Part shown: positions 27,595-35,756 of the stretch, piece by piece
Layout: every line of letters starts with the position of its first letter
Position numbering within the stretch: position 1 is the stretch's first letter
Origin: Candidatus Zixiibacteriota bacterium
GTDB taxonomy: Bacteria; Zixibacteria; MSB-5A5; GN15; FEB-12
Reading direction: 5' to 3'
NCBI GenBank assembly: GCA_041742355.1
Contig: JBGSIV010000121.1
Coordinates: 1-60,779, forward strand
Length of the DNA: 60,779 bases
Notes under the pieces: model-generated
Database searches by the model: none
What the model was told of the DNA's origin: nothing
What the model saw: the letters and a program-made list of their open reading frames with translations, nothing else
Translations under genes and position numbers: made by a program

Positions 27595-28301
27595 CGCGTC
27601 TTCCCCTTCCCTTTGGTGGTTTTCTTCGCAGGGGCTTTCTTCTTCGCCGCCGGTTTCGTCTCAGCCTTGCCGGGCTTGGGGGTCGACATCCCGCGTCCGC
27701 CGGAGGTCCCGGCCGCCGCCGTCGTTCCGGCGGGGCGGCTCTTGTCTCCGACGCCGCGGATCACGTACACCCGATCGACTCCCTCTTTCTCTTTCACTTC
27801 GAGCACCACCTGATCCTCGCGCGCGGTCGGGATGTTCGCCCCGACATAGTCCGGGCGGAACGGCAGTTCGCGGTGTCCGCGATCCACCAGCACCGCCAGC
27901 TGGATCGTTTTCGGCCGCCCGAAGTCGATCACCTGGTCGATGGCCGCCCGGGTCGTGCGCCCGGTGAACAACACGTCGTCGATAAGCACGACATTCCGGT
28001 TGACCACGTCGAACAGGATCTCGGTCCGCTGGACGATCGGCTGGTCGAGCTTGGAGTGGACGTCGTCGCGGTACAGGCTGATATCCATCAAACCGACCGG
28101 CACTTTGACCCCTTCGAGCTCCTCGATCATTTTGGCGATACGCCGCGCGAGGTAGGCACCGCGCCGCAGCACGCCGATAATGACCAGTGATTCGGCGCCC
28201 GCGTTGCGCTCGACAATCTCGTGCGCGATTCGCTGGAGCGCCCGATCGATCTTTTTCTCATCGAGGATGAGATCAGTCGTTCCCGGCAATGAAACCTCCA
28301 T
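27591..28301 (-). CDS. pyrR: PyrR (pyr operon regulator / uracil phosphoribosyltransferase) with Lys/Ala/Pro-rich C-terminal tail
   Basis: From the ATG at 28301: MEVSLPGTTDLILDEKKIDRALQRIAHEIVERN... with the PRTase motif VVLIDDVLFTGRT. About 50 extra C-terminal residues (KPGKAETKPAAKKKAPAKKTTKGKGKTR). The track ORF extends to 28406 into a REP hairpin. Confidence 0.85.
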   Translation of the reverse strand: MEVSLPGTTDLILDEKKIDRALQRIAHEIVERNAGAESLVIIGVLRRGAYLARRIAKMIEELEGVKVPVGLMDISLYRDDVHSKLDQPIVQRTEILFDVVNRNVVLIDDVLFTGRTTRAAIDQVIDFGRPKTIQLAVLVDRGHRELPFRPDYVGANIPTAREDQVVLEVKEKEGVDRVYVIRGVGDKSRPAGTTAAAGTSGGRGMSTPKPGKAETKPAAKKKAPAKKTTKGKGKTR

Positions 28302-28357
28302 GTAGCTTGGGAATATGTTGAATCTTTGCTGAAGTTCGAGAGTGTGGCACAGAGTAG

Positions 28358-29069
28358 CCCACAGCTTGCTGTGGGATCGGTGAGAATGTCGCTTGTGGCC
28401 CACCATTTATGGTGGGAGTGGGTCGGGTTCCGAGGAGCGTAAGCTCCGAGAAACCCGACTGGTGACAGTAACGAGCCGTCGTGTAGAAGTCCCCGGGTTC
28501 CTGCCGTTGGTTCACATCAGGAACTCGATCCCTGTCACTCGATATCACCGTCGAGTCGGGTTTCTCGCCGCTGCGCGGCTCGGAACCCGACCTACGAGGA
28601 GAGATTGCTTCGCTGCGCTCGCAATGACGGTATCCGAGCTTTTGGTTTGGATCAATGTCAGGACCATAAAGGTCCTGACCTACAGAAGACAGGAGGTTGG
28701 GCCGATTATAGCCTGACAGGTGAGAATTGGGCGTGAATACGTCAGGCTCCAAGGAGCCTGACCTACAAACCCCTTCTTCCGGTGTTTCATTGTCGGGTTA
28801 CTCGCCGCTGCACGGCTCGGAACCCGACCTACGAGGAGAGATTGCTTCGCTGCGCTCGCAATGACAGCTGCTATGCGTTGGTGTTGAGGCAATGTCAGGA
28901 CCATAAAGGTCCTGACCTACAGAAGACAGGAGGTTGGACCGACTGTGACCTGACAGGTGAAGATTAAGCGTGAATACGTCAGGCTCCAAGGAGCCTGACC
29001 TACGAGTTCCTTCTTCCGGCGTTTCATTGTCGGGTTTCTCGCCGCTGCGCGGCTCGGAACCCGACCTAC
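28358..29069. repeat. Dense cluster of REP-like hairpins (BIME-like)
   Basis: CCCACAGCTTGCTGTGGG (28358-28375) and GCCCACCATTTATGGTGGG. Three copies of GTCGGGTT.CTCGCCGCTGC.CGGCTCGGAACCCGACCTAC. Two copies each of GAGATTGCTTCGCTGCGCTCGCAATGAC, GTCAGGACCATAAAGGTCCTGACCTAC and GTCAGGCTCCAAGGAGCCTGACCTAC. Confidence 0.9.
28555..29069. repeat. Tandem duplication, 237-bp period, about 2.2 copies, each unit holding four different hairpins
   Basis: Unit starts (GTCGGGTT) at 28555, 28792 and 29029, which gives a 237-bp spacing twice. Units are near-identical where aligned by eye. Confidence 0.85.
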
Positions 29070-29308
29070 AACTCGAAAGCCGACATTGCGGAATGGGAAT
29101 GGATCTGAGATTGCCCTGATATTGACTTGCCGCTGGATGGTATGACCGGCACAGCCTGCCTGTGCCGCATGCGATGACACTGCTGTTCACGTCCATTCCT
29201 TTAGTGACCTCACCGGATCACCTTAAAAGGTTCGGCCTGGTGGCCTGCAATTCCGGTGCATTATATGCACTGCCGACGGCCCGTCAAGCTCCGGGGTGAA
29301 AAAAGACG

Positions 29309-29337
29309 AAAAAAAAGCCGCACCGTATGGTGCGGCT
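29309..29337 (-). terminator. Rho-independent terminator downstream of the tautomerase gene
   Basis: On the minus strand, AGCCGCACC-ATAC-GGTGCGGCT is followed by an 8-nt U run (plus-strand A run 29309-29316). Confidence 0.8.
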
Positions 29338-29367
29338 TCGGATCCCTCGTGAACTGCCTGCGGTCGG

Positions 29368-29601
29368 CTACCTCGTGGCGGGTTCCAACCCTGCCGCTTT
29401 GGCCAGCACCTTCTCCGCGGTCAGGATGTTCCCTCCCTTCCCGACATGGCCGCTCTCGACCTCGTGAATCATCACCATCACGAGATCCCGGAACCCCTCC
29501 CCCTTGGCGTCGACAAAAGCTTCGGTGATATTGGCGATCAGTTTGCGCTTCTCGGCGTCCGTGAAGACACCCTTGATCATGTTGCAGTGGACCATCGGCA
29601 T
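29368..29601 (-). CDS. 4-oxalocrotonate tautomerase-family protein (77 aa)
   Basis: The ATG at 29601 has AAGGAG 7 nt upstream and yields MPMVHCNMIKGVFTDAEKRKLIANITEAF, with the family's catalytic Pro after Met and the beta-alpha-beta pattern. The track start at 29631 is less likely. Confidence 0.75.
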   Translation of the reverse strand: MPMVHCNMIKGVFTDAEKRKLIANITEAFVDAKGEGFRDLVMVMIHEVESGHVGKGGNILTAEKVLAKAAGLEPATR

Positions 29602-29768
29602 GGCCGACTCCTTTCCGTTGCGGGTTCTCATCGCCCGGATCGTGCCGGGCTGTTTCGGTTCGTCACCCCTAAGAACGGCCTTTTCCCGTCCGTGTCCGCT
29701 TCGACTTCCGTACTACCCGCTACGAAATTCGTACTTGTTTCTGGACCGGATTACTCTATCTTTCCCCC

Positions 29769-30452
29769 ATGCAGGAATACGGTCAGTTCTGCCCGGTCGC
29801 CAAGTGCGCCGAGATCCTCGGCGAGCGCTGGATGTTGCTCGTGATCCGCGAGCTGGTGATGGGGAGCACCCGCTTCTCCCAGCTCCGGCGCGGCCTCGGC
29901 CGCATCTCCCCCTCGGTCCTCTCCGACCGCCTCAAAGCGCTGGAGGAGTACGATATCATTTACCGCGTGCAATCCGGCGCCGGCTGGGAGTACCACCTCA
30001 CCGAATCGGGCAAAGCCCTCAAACCGATTATCGAAGCCGCCGGCCTCTGGGGCTACCGCTGGATCCGCGAGTCTTTTGCCGCCGAAGATCTCGATGTCGA
30101 CCTGCTCATGCTCGATATCAGCCGCCGCCTGAGAGCCGATCAGATTCGCGGCGGCCAGGCCGTGATCGAATTCGAATTCACCGACCTGTCCGGGCGCTAC
30201 CGTCAATGGTGGATTCTGGTCGAAGGAAAGAGTGTCGAGCTGTGCTATAGCCATCCCGGCCGCACGGTGGATCTGCTGTTGCGCTGTGAATTGGTGGTGA
30301 TGACGAAAATCTGGATGGGGCACATGACGATTGCCGCCGCCCTCCGCAACGGCCTATTGCATGTCGACGGATCCCGCCGCTTGACCGCCAACCTCCCCGC
30401 CTGGTTGTCCCAGTCCTATATTACTGAGCTGGCGTCCGCCGCCAAGCCGTGA
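29769..30452 (+). CDS. HxlR-family winged-helix transcriptional regulator with ~120-aa C-terminal extension
   Basis: CPVAKCAEILGERWMLLVIRELVMGSTRFSQLRRGLGRISPSVLSDRLKALEE is the HxlR signature. Divergent from the tautomerase gene. Confidence 0.8.
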   Translation: MQEYGQFCPVAKCAEILGERWMLLVIRELVMGSTRFSQLRRGLGRISPSVLSDRLKALEEYDIIYRVQSGAGWEYHLTESGKALKPIIEAAGLWGYRWIRESFAAEDLDVDLLMLDISRRLRADQIRGGQAVIEFEFTDLSGRYRQWWILVEGKSVELCYSHPGRTVDLLLRCELVVMTKIWMGHMTIAAALRNGLLHVDGSRRLTANLPAWLSQSYITELASAAKP

Positions 30453-30523
30453 GTGCGCGGATGGGTTTGTGGGATAGGAACCCCTCGACTCCTGCCATTG
30501 CCGCACACTGACATATGGATACC

Positions 30524-30628
30524 GTCATTGCGAGCGCAGCGAAGCAATCTCCCCTCGTGCAGGTCGGGCTCAACTGTAGCCTGACTTGTCGATTTGCTCC
30601 CCGTCAGGCCGCAAGCGGCCTGACCTAC
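30524..30628. repeat. REP-like hairpin cluster
   Basis: GTCATTGCGAGCGCAGCGAAGCAATCTC, GGTCGGGCTCAACTGTAGCCTGAC, GTCAGGCCGCAAGCGGCCTGACCTAC (30603-30628). Confidence 0.85.
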
Positions 30629-30667
30629 TCCTGAATAATCTCAGGCATAGGTGCCGGGCCCGCTTTG

Positions 30668-31534
30668 TCAGCCTCTCCGCCGCGCCGTCACCATCTGATG
30701 AGTCTCGGGCGGCACCGGCCAATCGGGGTGAAACATCACTTCTGTGAACCCTGCCTCCGTGAGAAGCGTGCGATATTCATCGTCGGTCCAGGCGCGCGTG
30801 GTGCTCCGATACGTGTCGACCTTTCCGCTCTCCGCATCCAGCACATGAAACATCTGCTGGGCCGTCCGCTCGCTCTCGTACCAGTGGCTCTCGACGAGGC
30901 ATATATGGGGTCGATTCGAAAAAAGCCCGGTCAGCCCTGAACCTGATCGATACCAGTAGTTCGGCGTCTCTCCCATCGCCCGCACGGCCTCGTATGTATG
31001 GACCTCCAGCGCAACCCGCCCTTTCGGTTTGAGGGCACGGTGAATCGCGCCGAGGATGAGGCGGCAGTCCCTGGGGGAGAACACATTGAGCTCGCCGTAC
31101 AGCATCATCACCACGTCAAAGCCAGTTCCGTAGTCGACCTGGCGCACGTCGCCGAGTTGCACCGAGGCTCTCTCCCCCAGCCGCTCCCTCGCATGCTCTA
31201 CAGATGCCGGAGAAAAGTCGATTCCCTCGCAACGGTGGCCGAGTCCGGCCAGCTTCTCGATGTACAGACCGGGCCCGCAGCCCAGATCAAGCAGTCGGCC
31301 CGGCAGGTTCTCCGCTACTCTCAGGTGCAGCCAATCGATCTGGCGAGAGATCATATCGTCGCGACGACTCGCGAGATCATGACTCTGCGACAGGTGCTCG
31401 GCCAGCATTCGACGGCTGAACTCCGGATCGTCCCACGGAATCTTGTACCGGCCGTCCCAGAGGGTTTTCGGATTGGCGATGTCATTGATGATCGACATGA
31501 ACGATCCGTGGCTTTCCATCAGAGTACTCCTCAC
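30668..31534 (-). CDS. Class I SAM-dependent methyltransferase
   Basis: Motif I LLDLGCGPGLY and acidic motif II GIDFS. 288 aa, exact start uncertain. Confidence 0.75.
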   Translation of the reverse strand: MRSTLMESHGSFMSIINDIANPKTLWDGRYKIPWDDPEFSRRMLAEHLSQSHDLASRRDDMISRQIDWLHLRVAENLPGRLLDLGCGPGLYIEKLAGLGHRCEGIDFSPASVEHARERLGERASVQLGDVRQVDYGTGFDVVMMLYGELNVFSPRDCRLILGAIHRALKPKGRVALEVHTYEAVRAMGETPNYWYRSGSGLTGLFSNRPHICLVESHWYESERTAQQMFHVLDAESGKVDTYRSTTRAWTDDEYRTLLTEAGFTEVMFHPDWPVPPETHQMVTARRRG

Positions 31535-31571
31535 TGCGAACCGACATCAGCCTCTATTGATGTAGGTCGGG

Positions 31572-31845
31572 TTCTGAGGGAGCGAAGCTTCCGAGAAACC
31601 CGACTTGTTAACGGTGCATCTTCTGACTTGTCGGGTTTATCCGCGTCGCGCCTGCGGCGCTCGCTTTGGAACCCGACCTACCCCTGCGTTGTGACACTTG
31701 AGCGTCACCCTTCGACTCCGCTCAGGGTGACGATCCCCCGATCGCTTCCCCTACCACGGCACCGGTCCCGCAGGTCAAACACGGGTTTGCGTGTTTGACG
31801 TTTTGGCGTTCCATCGTCAAGCACCGAAGCCGGTGCTTGACCTAC
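31572..31845. repeat. REP-like hairpin cluster
   Basis: GTAGGTCGGGTTCTGAGGGAGCGAAGCTTCCGAGAAACCCGAC, GTCGGGTTTATCCGCG..TTTGGAACCCGACCTAC, GTCACCCTTCGACTCCGCTCAGGGTGAC, GTCAAACACGGGTTTGCGTGTTTGAC, GTCAAGCACCGAAGCCGGTGCTTGACCTAC. Confidence 0.85.
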
Positions 31846-31855
31846 CCCTTCTCCT

Positions 31856-33325
31856 CTATCCCGACACAAGCCGCTTTGCCCCTTCCCAGCCGAAAAACGC
31901 CGATGCGCCTCCCACCCGACAGCTCCCGTCCCCATCGAGCACCAGCACCCGATCCGACAACGCCCGGATCACCTCCCCGTCGTGGCTGATCACCACCACG
32001 CCCGCGCCGCTCTCCCGCAGCTCTTTCGCCAGCCGAATGAACCGCCCCACCCCTTCCGGATCGAGGGCGCAGGTCGGCTCGTCGAACACCACCATATCCG
32101 GCCGCATCGACAACACCGCCGCAAACGCCAATCGCCGCTTCTCCCCGCCCGACAGACGGAACGGATCCCGAGTGGTGAACTCGGTCGGATCCAATCCGAC
32201 TAGCCGAAGCATCTGCTGCGTCTGCGTAATTGTCAGCGCCCGCCCGATATTGCGCGGACCGAATTCGATCTCCTGTGCGCAGGTCGGCAGAAAGAACTGG
32301 CGTTCCGGCTGCTGGAATATCGCCGTCACCCGCCCGAGAATATCTTCCAGATTCGCCGGCCCCCCCTCGGGTCCGAGATACAGCACCCTTCCCCGTGTCG
32401 GTTTGAGCAGGCGGCACAAGAGCAGGCCCAGCGTGCTCTTGCCCGATCCCGATGGCCCGACAACGCCGATCACCTCCCCGGCTTTCACGGATAGATCGAG
32501 TTCCGGCAACGTAAACCCGCTGCCCGGATACCCGACTGTCGCGCCGTCGAGTTCAATCTGGTGGATCTTCCGTTCGGTCGTTTTCAGGACATCCGCCTCG
32601 GCGGCCACCTCCCGCGCCTCTTGGTCGATATCATACCGCAGCCCGGTCTGTCTGCAGAACGCCTCGTCCGCAAAAATCTTCTCCGGCCGGCTGTCGGCCG
32701 CGATCTTTCCTTCGTGAAACACAATCAGCCGCGAGTACTCTTTCGCGACCTGCGGATACTGCGTGATATGGATTTGTATCATCGAGCGGTTGTTGTCCCG
32801 CAGCGCCGCCAGTTCCTCCCGCAGGGCGATCTTTCCCGCCTGGTCCAAGTACGAATCCGGCTCATCGAGCACCAGTACCTCCGGCTCGGCGATCATCACC
32901 GACGCCAGCGCCACCCGCTGCTTCTCACCTCCCGATAGTTCCGCCGTCAGACGCCGGCGCAGGTGGGTGATCCCGAACCTCTCCAGCGTGTCGGTGATCC
33001 GCTCTTCCATCTCGTCCAGCGGGGTCGCCAGGTTCTCCAGCGCGAACGCGATCTCTTTCTCGACCGTCACCGCGACCATCTGGTTGTCCGGATTTTGAAA
33101 CAGGATCCCGACGGGCGTGTCCCGCCCCTGCCTGTCGGTGACTTTGACCCACCCTTTGGTCGGCTCGTGCAGGTTCGCCGCCAGCCGTGCGAAGGTCGAT
33201 TTCCCCGACCCGTTGGCTCCCATCACCGCCACCGCCTCACCGGCGTTGACCGTAATGCTCACCTCGCGCAATGCGTCCGGAGCTTCCTCCGTATACCGGT
33301 ATGTGACGTCTTCGAATCTCAGCAT
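31856..33325 (-). CDS. ABC-type ATPase with two fused nucleotide-binding cassettes (CbiO/EcfA-like)
   Basis: Two Walker A sites (GANGSGKST; GPSGSGKST), two signatures (LSGGEKQRVALA; LSGGEKRRLAFA) and two Walker B sites (VLVLDEP; MVVFDEP). No membrane partner is adjacent. Confidence 0.8.
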   Translation of the reverse strand: MLRFEDVTYRYTEEAPDALREVSITVNAGEAVAVMGANGSGKSTFARLAANLHEPTKGWVKVTDRQGRDTPVGILFQNPDNQMVAVTVEKEIAFALENLATPLDEMEERITDTLERFGITHLRRRLTAELSGGEKQRVALASVMIAEPEVLVLDEPDSYLDQAGKIALREELAALRDNNRSMIQIHITQYPQVAKEYSRLIVFHEGKIAADSRPEKIFADEAFCRQTGLRYDIDQEAREVAAEADVLKTTERKIHQIELDGATVGYPGSGFTLPELDLSVKAGEVIGVVGPSGSGKSTLGLLLCRLLKPTRGRVLYLGPEGGPANLEDILGRVTAIFQQPERQFFLPTCAQEIEFGPRNIGRALTITQTQQMLRLVGLDPTEFTTRDPFRLSGGEKRRLAFAAVLSMRPDMVVFDEPTCALDPEGVGRFIRLAKELRESGAGVVVISHDGEVIRALSDRVLVLDGDGSCRVGGASAFFGWEGAKRLVSG

Positions 33326-33378
33326 AAAAAAGCCGATGCCCCAAAAAAGGGCATCGGCCCAAAATCACAAGTACAATG

Positions 33379-34857
33379 TTACTTCAGCGCGCAGACATCG
33401 AGGTTCCGCGCCGCCGAGGATTCATCGAGCCGACGCACCGGCGTGTCATGGGGCGCCGAGGTCACGATCTCCGGATTCTCCTCCACCTCGCGGGCGATCT
33501 GATGCATGATCGCGGCGAACCGGTCCAGCGTCTCCTTGCTCTCCGTCTCGGTCGGCTCGATCATGAGCGCTTCCGGCACGATGAGCGGGAAGTAGTTGGT
33601 CGGCGAGTGGATGCCGAAATCGAGCATCCGCTTGGACATATCCGAGGTGCGGACGCCTTTCTTCTTCTGGCGATTCCCCGAGGCCACGAATTCGTGCATG
33701 CAGTGTACGTCGTACGGCACCTCGAACACGTCCTTGATCAGCGCCTTGACATAGTTGGCGTTGATCACGGCGTTTTCGCTCGCCTCGCGCAAGCCCCGGC
33801 CGCCAAGCGTCTTGATATAGGCATAGGCGCGGACCTGGTTGGCGAAGTTGCCGTAGAACGAATGCACGCGGCCGACCGAATCCGGACGGTTGTAGTTCAT
33901 GAACAGCTTCCCGTCGTCGGCCTTCTCCAGCACCGGGAACGGCAGGAACTTGTCCAGCTCGGCCGTCACGCCCACTGCACCCGCACCCGGCCCGCCGCCG
34001 CCGTGCGGCGTCGAGAAGGTCTTGTGCAGGTTGAAGTGCATGATGTCGAAGCCGACATCCCCGGGGCGGAAGATTCCCATGTTGGCGTTAAGGTTCGCGC
34101 CGTCCATGTAGACGAGGCCGCCCTTGGCGTGCACGATATCGGCGATCTCCTTGATGTGCGTCTCGAAAATGCCGAGCGTGTTCGGGTTCGTCATCATGAT
34201 CCCGGCCACATCGTCGTCCATCACCGCGGCCACCGCCTCGGGTGGAATCACACCCTTCTCGTTCGCTTTCACCTGAATCGTCGAGTAGCCGACAATGGCC
34301 ACCGAAGCCGGGTTGGTGCCGTGCGCCGAGTCCGGGATAATGATCTTCGAGCGCTTCTTCCCCTTCTTCAGGTGGTATGCCCGCATGACCAGGAGCCCCA
34401 CGAACTCGCCGTGAGCGCCGGCCACCGGCTGCAGCGAAATCGACGGAAATCCGGAGACTTCCGACAGGTAGTTCTTCAGGTCCCACATGATCCGCAGGAT
34501 CCCGGGAGCCGAGCTGCACGGCGCGAGCGGGTGATGCTCTCGGAAATCGGGCATCGACGCGGCCACGTCGTTCAGCTTCGGATTGTACTTCATGGTGCAC
34601 GACCCCAGCGGGTAGAAATCCTTGTCGATGTGATGGTTCTTCACCGACAACCCGACAAAGTGGCGCATCGCTTCGCCCTCGGTCACCTCCGGCAGGGCCG
34701 CAGCTTCACTGCGGCGGAACTGCTGCGGCAGCGCCGACAGAATCTCGGTTTCACTCCGTCTGGTCGCAGGCAAAGTATACCCGCGCCGTCCGGCCACCGA
34801 CTTATCGTAAATCAACAATCGCTCGTCCATAGCATCCATCCGCACCGCCGGCGACAC
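33379..34857 (-). CDS. gcvPB: Glycine dehydrogenase (decarboxylating) subunit 2
   Basis: 492 aa with typical P-protein beta subunit sequence, including the PLP-lysine context NLHKTFSTPHGGGGPG. Confidence 0.95.
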   Translation of the reverse strand: MSPAVRMDAMDERLLIYDKSVAGRRGYTLPATRRSETEILSALPQQFRRSEAAALPEVTEGEAMRHFVGLSVKNHHIDKDFYPLGSCTMKYNPKLNDVAASMPDFREHHPLAPCSSAPGILRIMWDLKNYLSEVSGFPSISLQPVAGAHGEFVGLLVMRAYHLKKGKKRSKIIIPDSAHGTNPASVAIVGYSTIQVKANEKGVIPPEAVAAVMDDDVAGIMMTNPNTLGIFETHIKEIADIVHAKGGLVYMDGANLNANMGIFRPGDVGFDIMHFNLHKTFSTPHGGGGPGAGAVGVTAELDKFLPFPVLEKADDGKLFMNYNRPDSVGRVHSFYGNFANQVRAYAYIKTLGGRGLREASENAVINANYVKALIKDVFEVPYDVHCMHEFVASGNRQKKKGVRTSDMSKRMLDFGIHSPTNYFPLIVPEALMIEPTETESKETLDRFAAIMHQIAREVEENPEIVTSAPHDTPVRRLDESSAARNLDVCALK

Positions 34858-34867
34858 CGGCGACGCG

Positions 34868-35719
34868 TTATTTCGAGTCTTCTGTACTTTTGCCTGTCAA
34901 TTTTGCTATCTGTGTTCGGGCGTATTCGGCGTCCTCGGATTCCGGGTAGCTCTTGATGAACTGCTCGTACGCCGAAACCGCCGCGGTTGTATCCCCGGCC
35001 CGCTGGTGAATGACCGCCGTGTAGATGTCGGCCATCTCGGCGAGCGGGGTTCCAGCGAACTTCGCCTTCGCGGTCGCCATCGCCTCCAGCGCCCTCGGAT
35101 ACTCTTTCGCCCGCATGTACATGTCGCCGAGCGCGATGTGCGTCTCGCCGGCCAGCGAATCGTCCGCCGGGCCCATTTCGAGCACCTTTGCGTACCAGGT
35201 CTCGGCCTGGGCCGATTCACCTTTGTACTTGAACTTCTCGGCGATCGCAAACGCCGAATCCCGGTGCGGCGCGGCTTCGAACTTCGCGACCCGGTCTTCG
35301 AGCGTCCCGATCCCCTTCGAGAAATCGCGGAACGTCTGAATGTACCGGTCGGTCGAATCGAACCCGACCAGCCGATCGACTTCCGTGCCGTCCTTGCGCA
35401 CCAGCACCGAGGTCGGGAAACCCATCACTTTGTACCGCTGCCGCGTCAGGGTATCCTGTTCGGCATGGACCTTCACCAGCACCATCTCATCGGTGAAAAA
35501 TGCAATCGCTTTCGGATCAGTGAACACGACCGTGTCCAGCATCTTGCAGTACTTTCACCAATCGGTGTAGAAATCCAGAACAAAGTACTCCCGCTCGCCC
35601 GCCGCGGCCGCCGCCGAGTCCAAGCTCGAGAAGAACGGCGCCGACTGCGCGGCTTCGTCCGCCGCCAGAATCGGCAGCGCCAGGAGCACCAGCGCGATCG
35701 TCATAACCAGTTTTTTCAT
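34868..35719 (-). CDS. Exported thioredoxin-fold + TPR protein with an in-frame UGA (predicted selenocysteine, U55) in the redox motif W-U-K-Y-C
   Basis: My own translation from the ATG at 35719 (GAGAGG upstream): MKKLVMTIALVLLALPILAADEAAQSAPFFSSLDSAAAAAGEREYFVLDFYTDW-TGA-KYCKMLDTVVF... This runs in frame into track ORF 34868..35542. The TGA at 35555-35557 sits where Trx-fold proteins carry the first Cys of WCxxC. A hairpin with a GGUC loop lies 17 nt downstream. Confidence 0.7.
35522..35537 (-). promoter_or_regulatory. Candidate bacterial SECIS apical hairpin
   Basis: mRNA GGACAC-GGUC-GUGUUC: 6-bp stem (7 with the flanking U-A) and GGUC tetraloop, starting 18 nt after the UGA. As I recall it, the E. 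coli fdhF SECIS apical loop is also GGUC. Confidence 0.5.
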
Positions 35720-35756
35720 TTGCCTCTCGCTCTCGCCAAAGGTGTCTGTTCGTTTG

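Noticed and set aside
28302-28550. PyrR-binding attenuator upstream of pyrR.
   Set aside because: No UCCAGAGAGG-like loop was found by eye. The hairpins present belong to the dispersed REP families.
34868-35542. Annotating the track ORF as a stand-alone 224-aa protein starting at MLDTVVF.
   Set aside because: That start lies just downstream of the redox motif and has no SD. The upstream in-frame segment supplies a signal peptide, the FYTDW-x-KYC motif and a good SD, so read-through of the TGA is the more coherent model.
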